This document shows, one piece after another, positions 1 to 12,900 of a stretch of 64,000 nt of DNA. Position numbers and translations under genes: made by a program. Every line of letters starts with the position of its first letter. The stretch's first letter is position 1. The DNA lies in NCBI GenBank assembly GCA_977030845.1, contig OZ365112.1:5394001-5458000 (forward strand), given 5' to 3'. Under the pieces are notes generated by a model that did no database searches, had not been told where the DNA came from, and saw only the letters and a program-made list of their open reading frames with translations. Source of the stretch: Fimbriosthenelais zetlandica (Eukaryota).

Positions 1-2899
1 TTCAAACTTTTAGAGCCCCCACATGAATCACGTGAATAAAAATTTTAAAAAGATTAAAAAGAATAAAAAGTCAATGCCATTGTTGGGGTATTGAAGAGTG
101 AATTTTTGTTGATGAGCAGAAAACAGTGGTTCTTTTTATCTTGAACTAGTCACAGCAATGAAGGAAGATATCTCCGTCTCTGTAAGGATTCCTACTATAA
201 AGGCTCAGCCAGCACAAAGAGAGACCGGTAACAAGTATCTCAGCGGCTTCATCGACTCCAGTGAACCCTTTCATGGCCGCCCCTCACTGATCCTTCTCTT
301 GGCCATGCAGGCTAGAGGCTGCAGGCCACAAAAGATTCTACATGCTGTGTCTGATGAATTGTATTGGGATTTCTCACTGAGACACAGCTAGGGAAATGAG
401 AGCTAGGTCCAAAAACCAAAATAAGCTCGCTTGGAATTAGATGTACAGGACTTGGGAAATCCATTAAAACGCTGCAAAGCTAAGGGATTTCCTAATCTCA
501 AAATCCACTCATTGCTAATTCTAGATGATATGATAAATGGATAGATATATTGCGAGAAAGGATCAACGAACGAGAAACACACCACAGGATTAATTGAGGA
601 ATTGTCTATATGATATACATATTTGTGTATAGAAAATTGATTTCATCTAAAGTATTCAATTCTATAAATGGCTAAATATTATTCACCTGAGCGCATAACA
701 TTAAGTATATTTCCAACTTTAACAGCTAAGCCAAATTCATACAATCAATCCCATGAAAGGTTTGGAACGTACCTCCAGGGTGTTTAAGTATAGTCTAGGT
801 GGGGTACAAACTTAGTGAGAAAAGTCTCGAATCCTACAAATATAATCCATATTGCGCTAGGCAGAACCATCTCCTAGTGCTTCTCAGTGGGACCCAGGAG
901 GATTGTTTGCCTACACATTTTGGGTTAGATTTCCAAGCTTAGGAGCCCCGACAACTAAACAACATTAGCCATCCATAAATGAATGTCTGTAGTCAACACA
1001 AAGGGGACCAGGGTCTCCGACTGTATTTGCCATAGCAGAAGTTATCACTCACTGACGGCAAACAATACTGGCCCCTGGCGGACATGTGATGTCACAGCTC
1101 ATCAGCCCATCACAGAAGGGCATCCAGAAGAGTGGGGTAGGTCATAGGGTGACCACAGGATGCCTCCAATAACATGGCAGCGGCTTTTGGCTAATTACAT
1201 TGGAAGACGGATAGGAATTACTACCAGGGCACTGCTGAATCACTTGCATACTTTCATTTAACCATGTCTAGAGTTAAATGATACATGGGGCAATTATTTA
1301 TGCCCTCAATGGCATACATATAATTACACAATTACTTCAGTATACAAAGGAGGCATGGATTGACAATAGGAAATTTATCGGCCATTAGCTTCGATGATTG
1401 TTGAACATCTGTCTTGTTCTTTTGCAGTGTTAAGCAATGCTTGAAAATATGACAAAACACGAACCAAAGTCTTTATTCCCATGGATATGACAATGGAGTG
1501 CAGCACGGCAGCCAAGTACTTCATATTATGGGCAACTCGGAGTCTGACCCATTATAGTACAACGACGCTCTTCGACAAAGGCACGTGTCTAAGAAGGGAG
1601 TGTTCGAGGTCATAATACCAATGCAATACGTAACTGTATGTTAACATGGGTAGCCGGACTCGGTGAGCCGGATGGCATGGAAATAGCTAATCTCCTGAAC
1701 CTCCCAATGTGGCCTACCAGCCTGATTATCAAGCATTCCGAAGGCCCACTGATGAGCACCAGATAGGGTAACAACTCACTCTGCCCAGCCCCAGACTCCC
1801 TTATACAAAACCCCCACTGATAGAGACACATGCCGAGCACAATGCCCAGATTCCCACTGCCTTTGGAAGATAGCATTTGATGTCGAGCTGTGCATGGCCT
1901 GGAGCACAAAGTAGGCTCTACATCGGGATGGATTTACCAGCAGATCACTTCAAATAAAAATAGGAAATTTTCCAATTAAAGTGTTATTTCTAAATCAATC
2001 CCTGTTCGAATAGGCCCCTATTATATTTTGGCCAGAATTGAAAGATTGTGGAACTGTCGGAATAGGGACTATCTATTCCTTAGAATTATAATCTATAATA
2101 TTATAATATTATTCATATGCAGTATAGATCCAGCAGAGCAGGTGCATGGCAACATACTGATCCCAGAGGAGGTCATATACACCAGAAACGTAGTGTATAC
2201 TGGGTGTCACCGTGTATTCAGAATAGAAATCCTGAACTCAATATTGTACGCCTTTGATATACACCGTTAGACACACGTTGGCACAGAGTATAGGAGGTGT
2301 ACCAAGAGGGAGGACAATATGAGGGAGCCAGCGTCCTTCACCTAGTATTATGGGATGGAGGAGGAACATCCGTCTTTATAACTCATTTAGGAGCCGGCTT
2401 GTAGACTGGCTGACTATTCATCCGACCAATCACCAAACACCGTCTCAACAGCCTATATCGCATTAATAGGGAAATAACCAAATTTTCGCAGCATCAATGG
2501 CCGCATAAGGAGCCCATCCATGCCGGTTCATACGTCCCAGTCAGTATATGACATTGCCAATACCAACATCTTACCTCATATATATGACATTTTATATGGA
2601 TTGTGATTGGAAATTAATAGCGAGCAGCTGCTGCGGGCAATCTGCACAAGTCTTTCTATTAAGCTTTGGGATCTGAAAGGTACTTGAATCTCATCAATAG
2701 TGGAGGATAAATGGAATTGTAAAAGGGGAATCATCTGGCAGAGACATACAAGCTCATGCGTTGCATGTTTGAACGCGGGTAAATCCATTAGTACTCACGA
2801 AGCTTGATCATTATTATTATTATATACATGTGAGGGGGTGAGAAGGGTATCGCTAGGCATCCAGTGTTAGCCCTTGCCCTTCCCTTACACCACACCCTC

Positions 2900-3520
2900 T
2901 TCCCCACTCTACATGAATCAACACGAAGCATCCACATACTCCCACTTAATCATCCATACGTCCAGAATTAATCTGCCATATTTACCTCCGCCGTGGGGAA
3001 GCCGTAATGACTGGCCACGTTCAATTAGAGATCCTCCCCAAGAGTCAGCAAATAGTGTGTCAGTCCAGCCATCATGTGACACGCTCATTACAAGAATGCT
3101 CCAGTGGGGACCGTGGAGGGAAGAGGAATAATGGGGGAAATGTAGAGTCCCCGGTACAAAAGAGATGGGATGTAGCCGTGAAAGACAGTGGGATATGGCA
3201 TGGGTCCTTAATGAAAATGGCATACCGCCCTCCTTCTTTTATCTCCCAGTGCAAGACATCAATTACAAAAAAACGTATTCGGCCCGAGTTCTGTTTTGCA
3301 AATTCTTTGGAGGATTGCATTGTTCTTCTGTGCTTTTATCTTCACCGGAGCCCTTATAACCTACATTGTAAATGTAAATGTCATTTAATAGCATTAATGG
3401 TAATTTATCCAATTGTTTTGGATAGTGTATGAGAATAACGTTTCTACTGACTCTACTTTCTACTGGTCTATTTATTAGATAGTAAAGTAGCAAGTGGAAT
3501 GGAATGATGTTGCACTCGGA
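2900..3520 (-). mobile_element. Decayed L1/Tx1-like ORF2 endonuclease (APE) fragment
   Basis: The minus strand reads aaaagcacagaagaacaatgcaatcctc (frameshifted KSRGVAIL-like). It is followed by KEGGRYAIFIK (ORF 3072..3320; cf. D.EGRY.I) and WGGSLIE (ORF 2918..3223; cf. GGDFN), in the expected order. Matched by eye; boundaries approximate. Confidence 0.4.
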
Positions 3521-5229
3521 CCATTTCAACAAGCCTCAGATCCGAACAAAGACCAGCTTTGGCTTGAATACAACCGGAGAATAACAAAGAGAATGTAAAA
3601 CTTGCACCTTTAAAACCAAAAGCATTAAGTGCCAAAAAGCCCTGTATCTAATCTACTTGAGTATTGGGCATGTTGGCTCCTGAAGCCGATAGCACTTGCT
3701 TCACAGCCCCGACCTGCCAATCTATGTCAGAGGAAGCCATTCCGAGCACCTCCCAATGTCAGCGAGCTGCTCCTTTTGGCCATTGAATTGGACCATGGGG
3801 GACTCAGTGGGTCCAACTCAAGGCATACCAATCCCATAGTATGGTCTCCTACCCTAAAACGATGAGAGCAGTGAAATAGGTGGAGAGAGAGAGTACAGTA
3901 AGATAGGTAGAGGGTGGGAATGAGGGAGGGGGAACAGTGTGGGAAAGAGGGGGAGAGAGGAATACAGAGGGAGGAAGCAGCTCAGAATGGAAATAACCTT
4001 GTGAGGAAAGAGAGTTCTCAATCGATTCAGTCTTCATCCGGGGATATCACCAAGTAACATCACACTTAATAACTTATTGCACTTGCTGCATTGACTCAAG
4101 GAGATAAAATATAGCCATTGAATAGTAATTTGCTCAGACACTTCATAGAGACATGTATGTATTATTTATAGGATAAACATTGCATCTTCAGCCTATCGCT
4201 TGAAGTATCGACAAGTATATATATCTACGTGTCCATTAAACACTTGTCTTGGTCTATGCATCTTGAAATTTACATCCAAATTGCTATTTACAATCCTTGG
4301 AAAATTCCCCTTGTCTGATTCACTCCAAGTGTGGAAGATTGATCAAGTTTATGTACACAGACGACCCGACATAACAGCCTTTTAGTTTAAAATGCATTGC
4401 TTTTGCGACAAGATTCCTTTCAGAGGCAACCAACTCTGAAATTCAAAATCTAATTTTTAGATCACATAAAACTCCGGGTGGAAGTAGATTTATATGATTT
4501 ATATCCTCCCCAAAGAACAGAAAAAGTTTATACTTTCTCCTCAATGTTTCATCTCTCGGATTCACATCCTTTTCGTGAAAGTAAAGTAATTGATAGTTTC
4601 TACATTGAACACTCTCCTTCTATCTCACATCTCCATTAATGAAATTAAACCCTCTTTCTTTGGAGCCAGGAATTGACCTCCGACTAGGTCGGAATAGCAA
4701 TTGATTTCAACCAAGGAAAAGGGAAAAAATCATGGAAGCTGAACTCCTCAAAGAGACTTGATATAAAACCCAACGATTGTCAATATGTTTAAATCCTCGG
4801 GATGGTTGGCGAGGCGGGGAAACCTTGTTATCAACTGTTTAGGCTTCGTCTGGGATTAATCAACGCCGCTAGCAATAAAGATTCAAAATAATGAAAAGGA
4901 GAAGTGGAAGATTGGGAGGAAACCATGCTTTAAACTGAACAGGATCCTAGTCTGCTCAGTGAAACGAAGCGAGAACAAGATTAATACGGTTCTCTAATAG
5001 GAAAGGAGGGAAGTGGGCGGGGAGGGGGTGGCTCTCTGCTAACTAGATGGGCGGATGAACACACAGGACCCTGGAAGTAATTAGGGAATGGATACAAAGA
5101 GAAAAGACATGACATAATTGATGGACAACTTTGCTATAGTCCCGTGTAAAAGACCTCTATCATTCAAAATGATAGATATGTGGATAGTAGTTGACCTTCA
5201 GCACACAAGGGAGAGCCACTGAGTATTAA

Positions 5230-6200
5230 ATGTCCCCAAAGTCCGATATGGCGGAGGAATATAGAAACTTGAAAGCTAGACACAACCAACAACTAATAGA
5301 AGTGTAAATGAAGTCTCCACTTCCGAGAACTTTTGATGGATTTGCCCATTTTTTAGGAATAGGTTGGTTGAACATTGGACGTGGACTCTTCCATGTCGGT
5401 GCATTAGTACAGGCAAGAAAATAGTGCCTGATGTATGGGGTAATTCGACCCATGCGATTCATGAGAATTTCCACTTAGACTCCGAAATAGTCTTATATGT
5501 CGTGACGATAGGGAAAAAAGAAATGCCTATATAAATAGCTATTTTCTATTTCAAAAATATCATGAACTGAATAGGAGAATGGCGTGTGTAGGCTCGGAGT
5601 TTAAAAGTAGATGGGATTTGTGTCCAGTCCAAGAATCAAGTGCAATGTTTATCCCAAGGTTACAACACGCATATCTCCTACTCCATTCTTACTCTTTGTA
5701 AGTTTAAACTAAAATCCTAACCAATTATTGGAAAACGCATTGGTCAAATGTGTAGGAAATTTGGAGAGAATAATTCAATGGCATGGAGTTAAACGCTGTG
5801 TGAGTGTTTCAAAGGGTTATAATGGGTGGTGACTAAGAGCCATGCTCATTTCCTTCTTTTGATAAAATGATAAAGTGACCCTAAATGTTAACCCAAACAA
5901 GTTTGTGACTCATTCCAAACTCCCTAAAACAATTGGGTCTTTGGATAACTGTATAGAAGACGAAGAACTTATTCTGTGCTTTGTTCCGTAACACAAATCC
6001 ATTAATGTAGAGGTAAATGTGATTTTTTAACATAGAGATTGGGAGTAAAGGGAATACTGCATAATCTGTTGGGTCCCACTCTGTCTGGTTGAAAAACCTG
6101 TCCTTCCCCGAACATCATATAAAAATGAATATATATCCCTAAGGAAATAGCGCAAGGCACATCCAACTTTTCCCTTGCTGCCTTAATATGCATACGGTTC
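5230..6200 (-). mobile_element. Decayed L1/Tx1-like ORF2 RT fragment
   Basis: Colinear minus-strand motifs: DPTDYAVFPLLPISML (~6025-6075; cf. KDP...YRPISLL), EFGMSHKLVWVNI (5884-5922; cf. KFGFG..FI.WV), EGNEHGS*SP (5827-5856; cf. RGTRQGCPLSP), and CWLC in ORF 5226..5474. Stops, frameshifts and internal deletions are present. Confidence 0.55.
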
Positions 6201-7719
6201 TAATCTTTCCATTTTAATATACTACCTCTGTCCCTGAGGGTGGGGATGCCTGCCTGTATAAAATATTCATTTCCATGCAGTACTTAAGGTAGGCAACGAA
6301 GAGATGAAAAACTCTAAGCCAGTGGTCACTAGGGATTTTGTTGGTCGGGAAAGATGGCTCGGAGGAAACAGCTATACATTGCAGAGCAAACAAAGAGGTA
6401 GACTGAAGATCACAATACAGATGCTGTCCTCAGCATATGGTGTAAAATCAACTTCAAAATGTCATACTCTCCATAATATATACTGCAGTATTTCAGCATA
6501 ATACTATAACATTTAGACAGTAAATGTATGTTTAAAATAGGAGGTATTATATAATATAGCGTCTATGACAAAAGCAAGAAGTAAAAGAAAGGAATTAAAA
6601 ACAATGGAGTAAAACACAAAGAAAGATAAAAAGACCATCATGCAATGAAGGCAGGTTGTTAGGATGGAGTCTGAAGGAAATCATTCCTCTTGTTCCGGAT
6701 TGGATCGCGTGAAAAGCAACCGGATGGCAGAGCAAAGTAATGAACACAAATTGATTTCTTGATCAGATCAAGACTAGCTCATTCAAAACGAGGCAGGCCA
6801 ACGCATCCAAGGGTGTCATTCAATTAATAACCAATAGCAAGTTTTCCCTTTGTCTGATGAATGGTTCGACAATGGTCAAAAAGCCAGCATACCGTGTGCT
6901 GTGCCAATGTCTTTTCCTGCTTCATTGCACTGAGGATTTTTGCTAGTATTGGTAGCAGGAATTATCATTATTCCCTCCCCAGTCTTTGCTAGGAGCTGCA
7001 GACAATGCCATCCAACCAACAGCAATGAGTGAATGACTTTTACGACACTATAAGTCACTATTTAACACTTGTCTTAATTGCTGATGTTTACGCCTTCCGT
7101 TGCTTTGGTGATTGATCCCAGTTATAAATTCCAGGATAAAAATGGCTGGATATTTCATTTCCAACTCACTTTTCCTTTGGCAGTTCATTTCGTTCTTGAG
7201 TAAAATGATGAATAACCAAGTCAAATGATGATGGACACCAAGAATTAATTCTTTAAATTACTTATTTTCAAATGACAAATCCACACCCGCTCAATCCTTC
7301 AGAATGGTGTTTGTCAATTGAGCAAAAATCATTGGCTGTTTTGCTCATTTATTTTCAATGCAATTTACACGATGCAATCCATTTCATAACTGTGGAAAAT
7401 CGACAGTGATTATGGACTTGTCATGGGGAAAGTGAATTGGTAATGGATGGGGGGAATTCACGCTATGATCCATATCATGCAGTTTGAAATACAGGAAGAG
7501 ACCAAGTAGAAAAATATAATGCTGGGTATTTAAAAATAAGGCTGTACATTGCAAAGTTCTATGCACCCATTTCATTGAAAAGCTTCTTGCATAGTACTTT
7601 TGTTACAATGATCCCCGAATGAATAGCCTGTTCCGTTGCGCAGAAAAATGCTTTCGCCATTCTCCTATTTTGAGCTTTTGTTTTCCCCATATACCATGGG
7701 GACCGGGATTGAAAAAAGT

Positions 7720-9995
7720 CAGGGACTGTTAGAGATAAACCAGGCAATTTGAACTTTTAATTAAACATCCTGGTTCCAGCGTTAACAGTATATACCCATT
7801 AAGAACTTAAAATTGCTAAAGATTTCTGTTGTGATTGCAGCTGAAAGGCAACATCTGGTCGAGTTTCAACCCCTCCCTTTTATAAAGCCTTTTCACAAAT
7901 AATGAATATCTCTAACAAATGCCCAACAACCTGATAAATGTCAGCATAAGCACCAGTAATCCGGATTGGGGAAAATTTACCATACTGCCCTGCAAGGTAG
8001 CCTTTGCCCATATAAAATACTCACGAAGACCCTGTACACAACTAAGACTTTTCTCTAGACAAGCTAGTTCCTAGTTCCCGGATCCTGCGCACTGATGTCC
8101 TCCCTGATATGTAATCAGGACTGAGAGACGATCTAATGAACCCAGCGGTCCCTCAGACCAGTTTCAACTCAGCAATTTAGCCTGGCCAAACCAGCAGGTG
8201 TCGCTAATGTCACAGCTCAGTTAAAGGCGGACATCTGACGGATATCAGTTAGCTCCTGAGGCTTCCCTTATCAGGCGAGCTGTCACTAAGAGATCACTGG
8301 CCTGTACTGATAAGAACTGGGCGAATCACACCCACTGAGGACAGGGAGGTGCATGGCAGACCCTTCTCCTTGGACGTCTCCTCCATCCTCAAAGAATCCA
8401 ATCATATTTGTGGCCTTGGATGCAAGAAGACCAGAGGTCTTATTTCTCGGATGCTGCTGGAAATAGCAGAGTGCAATGAAATGGGTATAGCTAGGCTGAT
8501 TGTTATCTGGTAAAGGGAGATAAGGGGTAGCAGGAAAGGTTATGACATCAGATCATAAATAAGGCAGCTGAATTTAGAAGACCGTCTGGCAAGTCATCAG
8601 AGATGATACAGGGTTGTTCTGAATGACCAGCCGCCCACCCCAGACATCGTTTCCCATAAAAGGGTCTTTATTAGAGATCTGACCATAAAAGAAAAAGCCC
8701 GGAATACAATAGACCGGGAATGAACCAATAGCTTCCCGTCCCCAACGCCCACCCTCGCACGGCCCTTTGACCATTCCGAGTGGCTTCATTTCTGCTCCAA
8801 GTTGCTCAGAGATGCAGGGGTCGATAGCCTGGCTATAGGAAGCCATGTGGCGCCACCTTCCGCCCAGAAGGTCATGTTTACCATGGCAACCATGGTATCT
8901 GAGGCTAGCGACAAAAAAGCCTAGACCTGGTAGGGAAGTTGGGACTTATCAGAGACGACCACACAAAATCGATTGGCTGGACGGGTGGCTATACCCAGAG
9001 CGATCCTTTATGTATCTTTCATGAAGTGGGGACTACCTTGGAGGCATCATCTGAGTAGCTCGGCCCCTGGCCACCCTGACCTGCATTGTGAGCTGATCTA
9101 TATCCCAATTTGCAAATGAAAACGATCAGCAATTCAGATTCACCTCCTCGCGGGGTGTTTGGAGGGTGGTACTGGAGGGGTTAGGCCCCTGAAGTAGGCC
9201 GGAAATGTAAAATGGTAAACCCCAAAGGGGAATCAGGGTCGGGTCTCCCCCCTCAGAACTGCTTCCTTACAAATGTGCCCCTTCAACCCCTGCAAACAGC
9301 TGATAGCGCTGTCAATGACATAGTTGACAACCACATATTTTGTTGTCATCTGAAGAATACTCCTTTTTTGGATCTTCACTTGTAGGCTACCGTCTTTTAT
9401 TATTTCCAGAGTCTAGCAGCATACCCTTGGGTGATAAGATCAGGCTTGTAGGCATGTGGTCAGAACTTTTAAAAGCTGGAAATATCTTCAAGTAGAGCAG
9501 GGACGGAATAAACAGGCTTAAATTGGGGAAATATAACTAAATTTCACTCACATCTAAATCCTGGAAAAAATTCAATTGATCGTTCATATTTTGTATGCTG
9601 TTCAAGGCTTGGTAAAGACTTGCACCAAGGATCGATCTCAAAACCATGAAGCCTGGAACTTGCTCCGACAATATTCAAACTCACTAATGATATGACTCAC
9701 TTGACCCTGATGGGATCTCAGAGGGCCATTAGAAAATTGCCCGCGCTGCCCTTATGAAAATGAGCACAGATAGCAGTGCTCTATGCTTCTGCCCTCCGTA
9801 AATGAGGTCCTATATAATAAACACTATCAACCATCATCCAGCTATCATAATATTGCCAAAAAATGTCCTCCTCATTGGCCAACCAACCAGGCAGCAATTA
9901 ATCATTATGAAGCGACTCGGTTACAAATGAGACGGGTTGGAGACAGCATAGGAAATTCAGTCTGCAATCAAAGGTGAAAACTTGGCAGCCTATTT
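7720..9995 (+). mobile_element. Long decayed L1/Tx1-like ORF2 remnant
   Basis: Six motifs in correct L1 ORF2 order: RDKPGNL (7731; cf. GDKPGKLL), aagcaccagtaatccggattgggg (7948; cf. KAPGPDG), FVALDARRP (8407; cf. SLDAEKAF), LAGRVAIPRAILYVSF (8973-9020; cf. L.GR...KM..LPRL.YLF), PKGESGSGLP (9221-9250; cf. PK..GGLGLP) and VKTWQP (9974). Confidence 0.65.
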
Positions 9996-12900
9996 GTTAA
10001 GTGCGCTGTCATTCGGCTAAATACTCTAAATTGCCTGAATACTCCATTGCCTGATCACTTCGACTTTTGGTTAACCTTGTGGACCTTCAACTTTCCCACT
10101 GCATACAACTCAATGTAAATTCAGGACTGGGAGAGTTATAGGAGATATTTGAACCAGCATTGGTGTAATTCATCTTTCTCTATGTTGACTTTAGAAATGA
10201 CACTGAAAAACACTGATTTATAAGAAAATAGTAGAATACGATATAGAACTGTAACTTGATTCTAGTGGCAGAACCTGTTTTCGCTCATCAGCTTAAATGA
10301 ATATTCAAACAGATTTTGTGGTGCTTTTAATTTCAAATCCACCATCACTACAAGTGGCGGAAACAAAGCCTACCGGAAAGCACAGTGGCATCTATTTCAA
10401 TTTTTCCTCCTTAAAACAAAAAAAAACTTTATCCTGACACTTCCACGCTGGAGGAGAATGGGGGATGGTTGGCTCGGGGCGGAAGACTATAAATATCATT
10501 AATGCTTGATCAGTCCGGTAAACATTAAACTGGGCTGGCATATCAATCTGAGGGACGCACGGTGGCAGGGAAGGTGTTTTAGACCCCCCATAGATCACCT
10601 CTCTCCTGTCACACGGAATGGGAATAACATAATTCCATGTTTATAAATAGTGATCGCGTGACTCTCAATCAGTGTGCAAATTGGTAGCAGCGACGGGATG
10701 ACTTCCCGGCCACCTTGTCATGACCTTGAGGCTCAGTAGCCCACGTACATCATGAGGTAGATACAAGTAGATGGGACAAGTGAGCGATATGAATACATAT
10801 GGCAATTACTGCACCCCTCCACCAGATTTTATATCTCCGACTCCATATGTGGGTTAAAAAAGGCAGAAAGAGAAAAAACTCTCATCCCTCCACAACTCAG
10901 GTAAACAGATCACGACACAAGGTCACAGCAGAGCCGGCAAGGTCATGGTGAAATGACATCCGGGTCACTTTGTCACCGGAAGTAATGGGCTCAGTCTGGT
11001 GGTGGAAATAGAAGGCAGAGCTGGGGAAAGCCCCAACGCATCAGATCTAATCCAATGCCTGTCTCTACCTCTCTCCATCTCTCCACCCAGACTAGGCAAA
11101 GATGCTTAATACACTAGTTAGTGTAAAGGGAATCATGAAGAAATATGTTACAACTTTTATTATTGGATAAACTTGAAGGAGACCTTAGATTGATGTTGCA
11201 AACATAATTCTGCTCTCTCTGAGTTATAGGGAATTACCTCTGGTTCTCGTCAGGCGCGGCTCTAAGAATTCTGTTCCCAAACTTTGGTGTTAACATTATT
11301 GATCTGTACTCTGTTCTAATGAAATTGGTTTATTTTTGGGTTCTGTAGTGCAGAATCAGGGGAACACCCAATGTTTTCTAATGTTCCCATTTTAAGTTAT
11401 TACTGCACGTACCTGTTTCTCCAACAGAAAAGGCTGGAAATAAATGAGACAAAAGGCTTCTGAATAAGCCTTTCATACGGACACAGGAAAAGGAAAACAC
11501 ATATAATATTTAAATTTTATATGATATCATCATTCCATCAAGTAAAAAGTGACCTGCTATATATTATTTAAAGTGACCGTGTTGCACATTTTTACATTCG
11601 TCAGCTTCTAACCAGAAGGTGGGTGTAGGTAATAAGGTCATTAGTGACCTCAGGGCACCTGTGACCTTCCAACTAAAAATTACATCTTGTTAGGGTCGGA
11701 TTCCATAAACATGTCCTCTATCAATCATATCTTTCCTTTTATGGCCTCACTAAGCTTTATTAGTGCAGGCAATTCCCCAGCTATATTTATTTTTAGATCT
11801 TGCACAGTCTAATTATTGCACCACTACCAAGAATTAAAAAAAAAACAACAACAGACTTTCGAGTTTGTATGACCGACAGACAAATTAACTTAGAATCAGA
11901 AAAGTGAATCTAAAACTTTTAATGAGTAGCAACAAAGCTGTATTCTCACTTCCTAATTGACCCCATCATTCCTAACGTTATATAATTATTGCTGAGGACT
12001 TAATTAATTTAAAACTTAAGCAATTAAATAGGAGCGATGTATGTACATTTTTCCTCCTGTAGAGACAGGCATGACATATTTAATTTTTCCCAGGCCCATT
12101 TGATTTAACTGGAACAGACACGCCTGGTAATAATTCAAGAGAAGAGTCTGGCTCAGTCGGGTAAAATCGGTAATTAAATGAGGAAAATGAATCACATACT
12201 ATAATGAATCTGTTTGCTGGGTTGTGAAGTGTGTTTTTTGACTGACATTGGATACATAATTGCATTTCGTGATCATTAGAAAGGAGGGGAACAAATACTT
12301 AGTCTATTTGGTTCTCTATCAGGTTGAATGAGTTTCATTCATTGAAATGAGGAGCTCAGGTATCTGCTCCATGTCACTGGAGGAGCCATAGAAGATCTTG
12401 TCTCCTATGTTGAATTCAATCTAGCATACGGCCACAATTACACATTTTGACTATTCTAAAGTAAAAATATTTTGCTTGGGGTTCTGGCCTTATCAAGGCA
12501 TAAAATGAAGCTTCAATTTATGCCTCATTTATTTTGGATAATTTGACCTCATTCATAGAGTAACAAAAGTTTCCAGGGCATATATCTATGTGACTTAATA
12601 TGCAAATGAACTGAAATATATATTTTTAAATGCTGATTCTGGATAAAAGTTGAGAGTCTTGATTGAAAATAATGAGAAAATGGACTCAGTGTTTTAGAGT
12701 TTAAACCACAAAATACTCTCACCAAACCTCCAAATCTCCCATCAAGACCATAATCCTGACTGATAGGCCGATGTAAAACCAGTGACAACTCAGTGAATTA
12801 ATGAAAAGTGGGGGAGCGGTCACATTTGGAGGTTAAGTTGAGGCGATTTGACCACATTACAGGGTGATAATCACTCTTAACGAGAACTCCAGGCAATACA

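Noticed and set aside
400-1300. Possible RT/C-terminal continuation of the 2.9-3.5 kb L1 on the minus strand (also faint L1 hints at 12549-12788 and 50750-50950)
   Set aside because: Only one or two weak motifs each and inconsistent spacing, so not enough to annotate.
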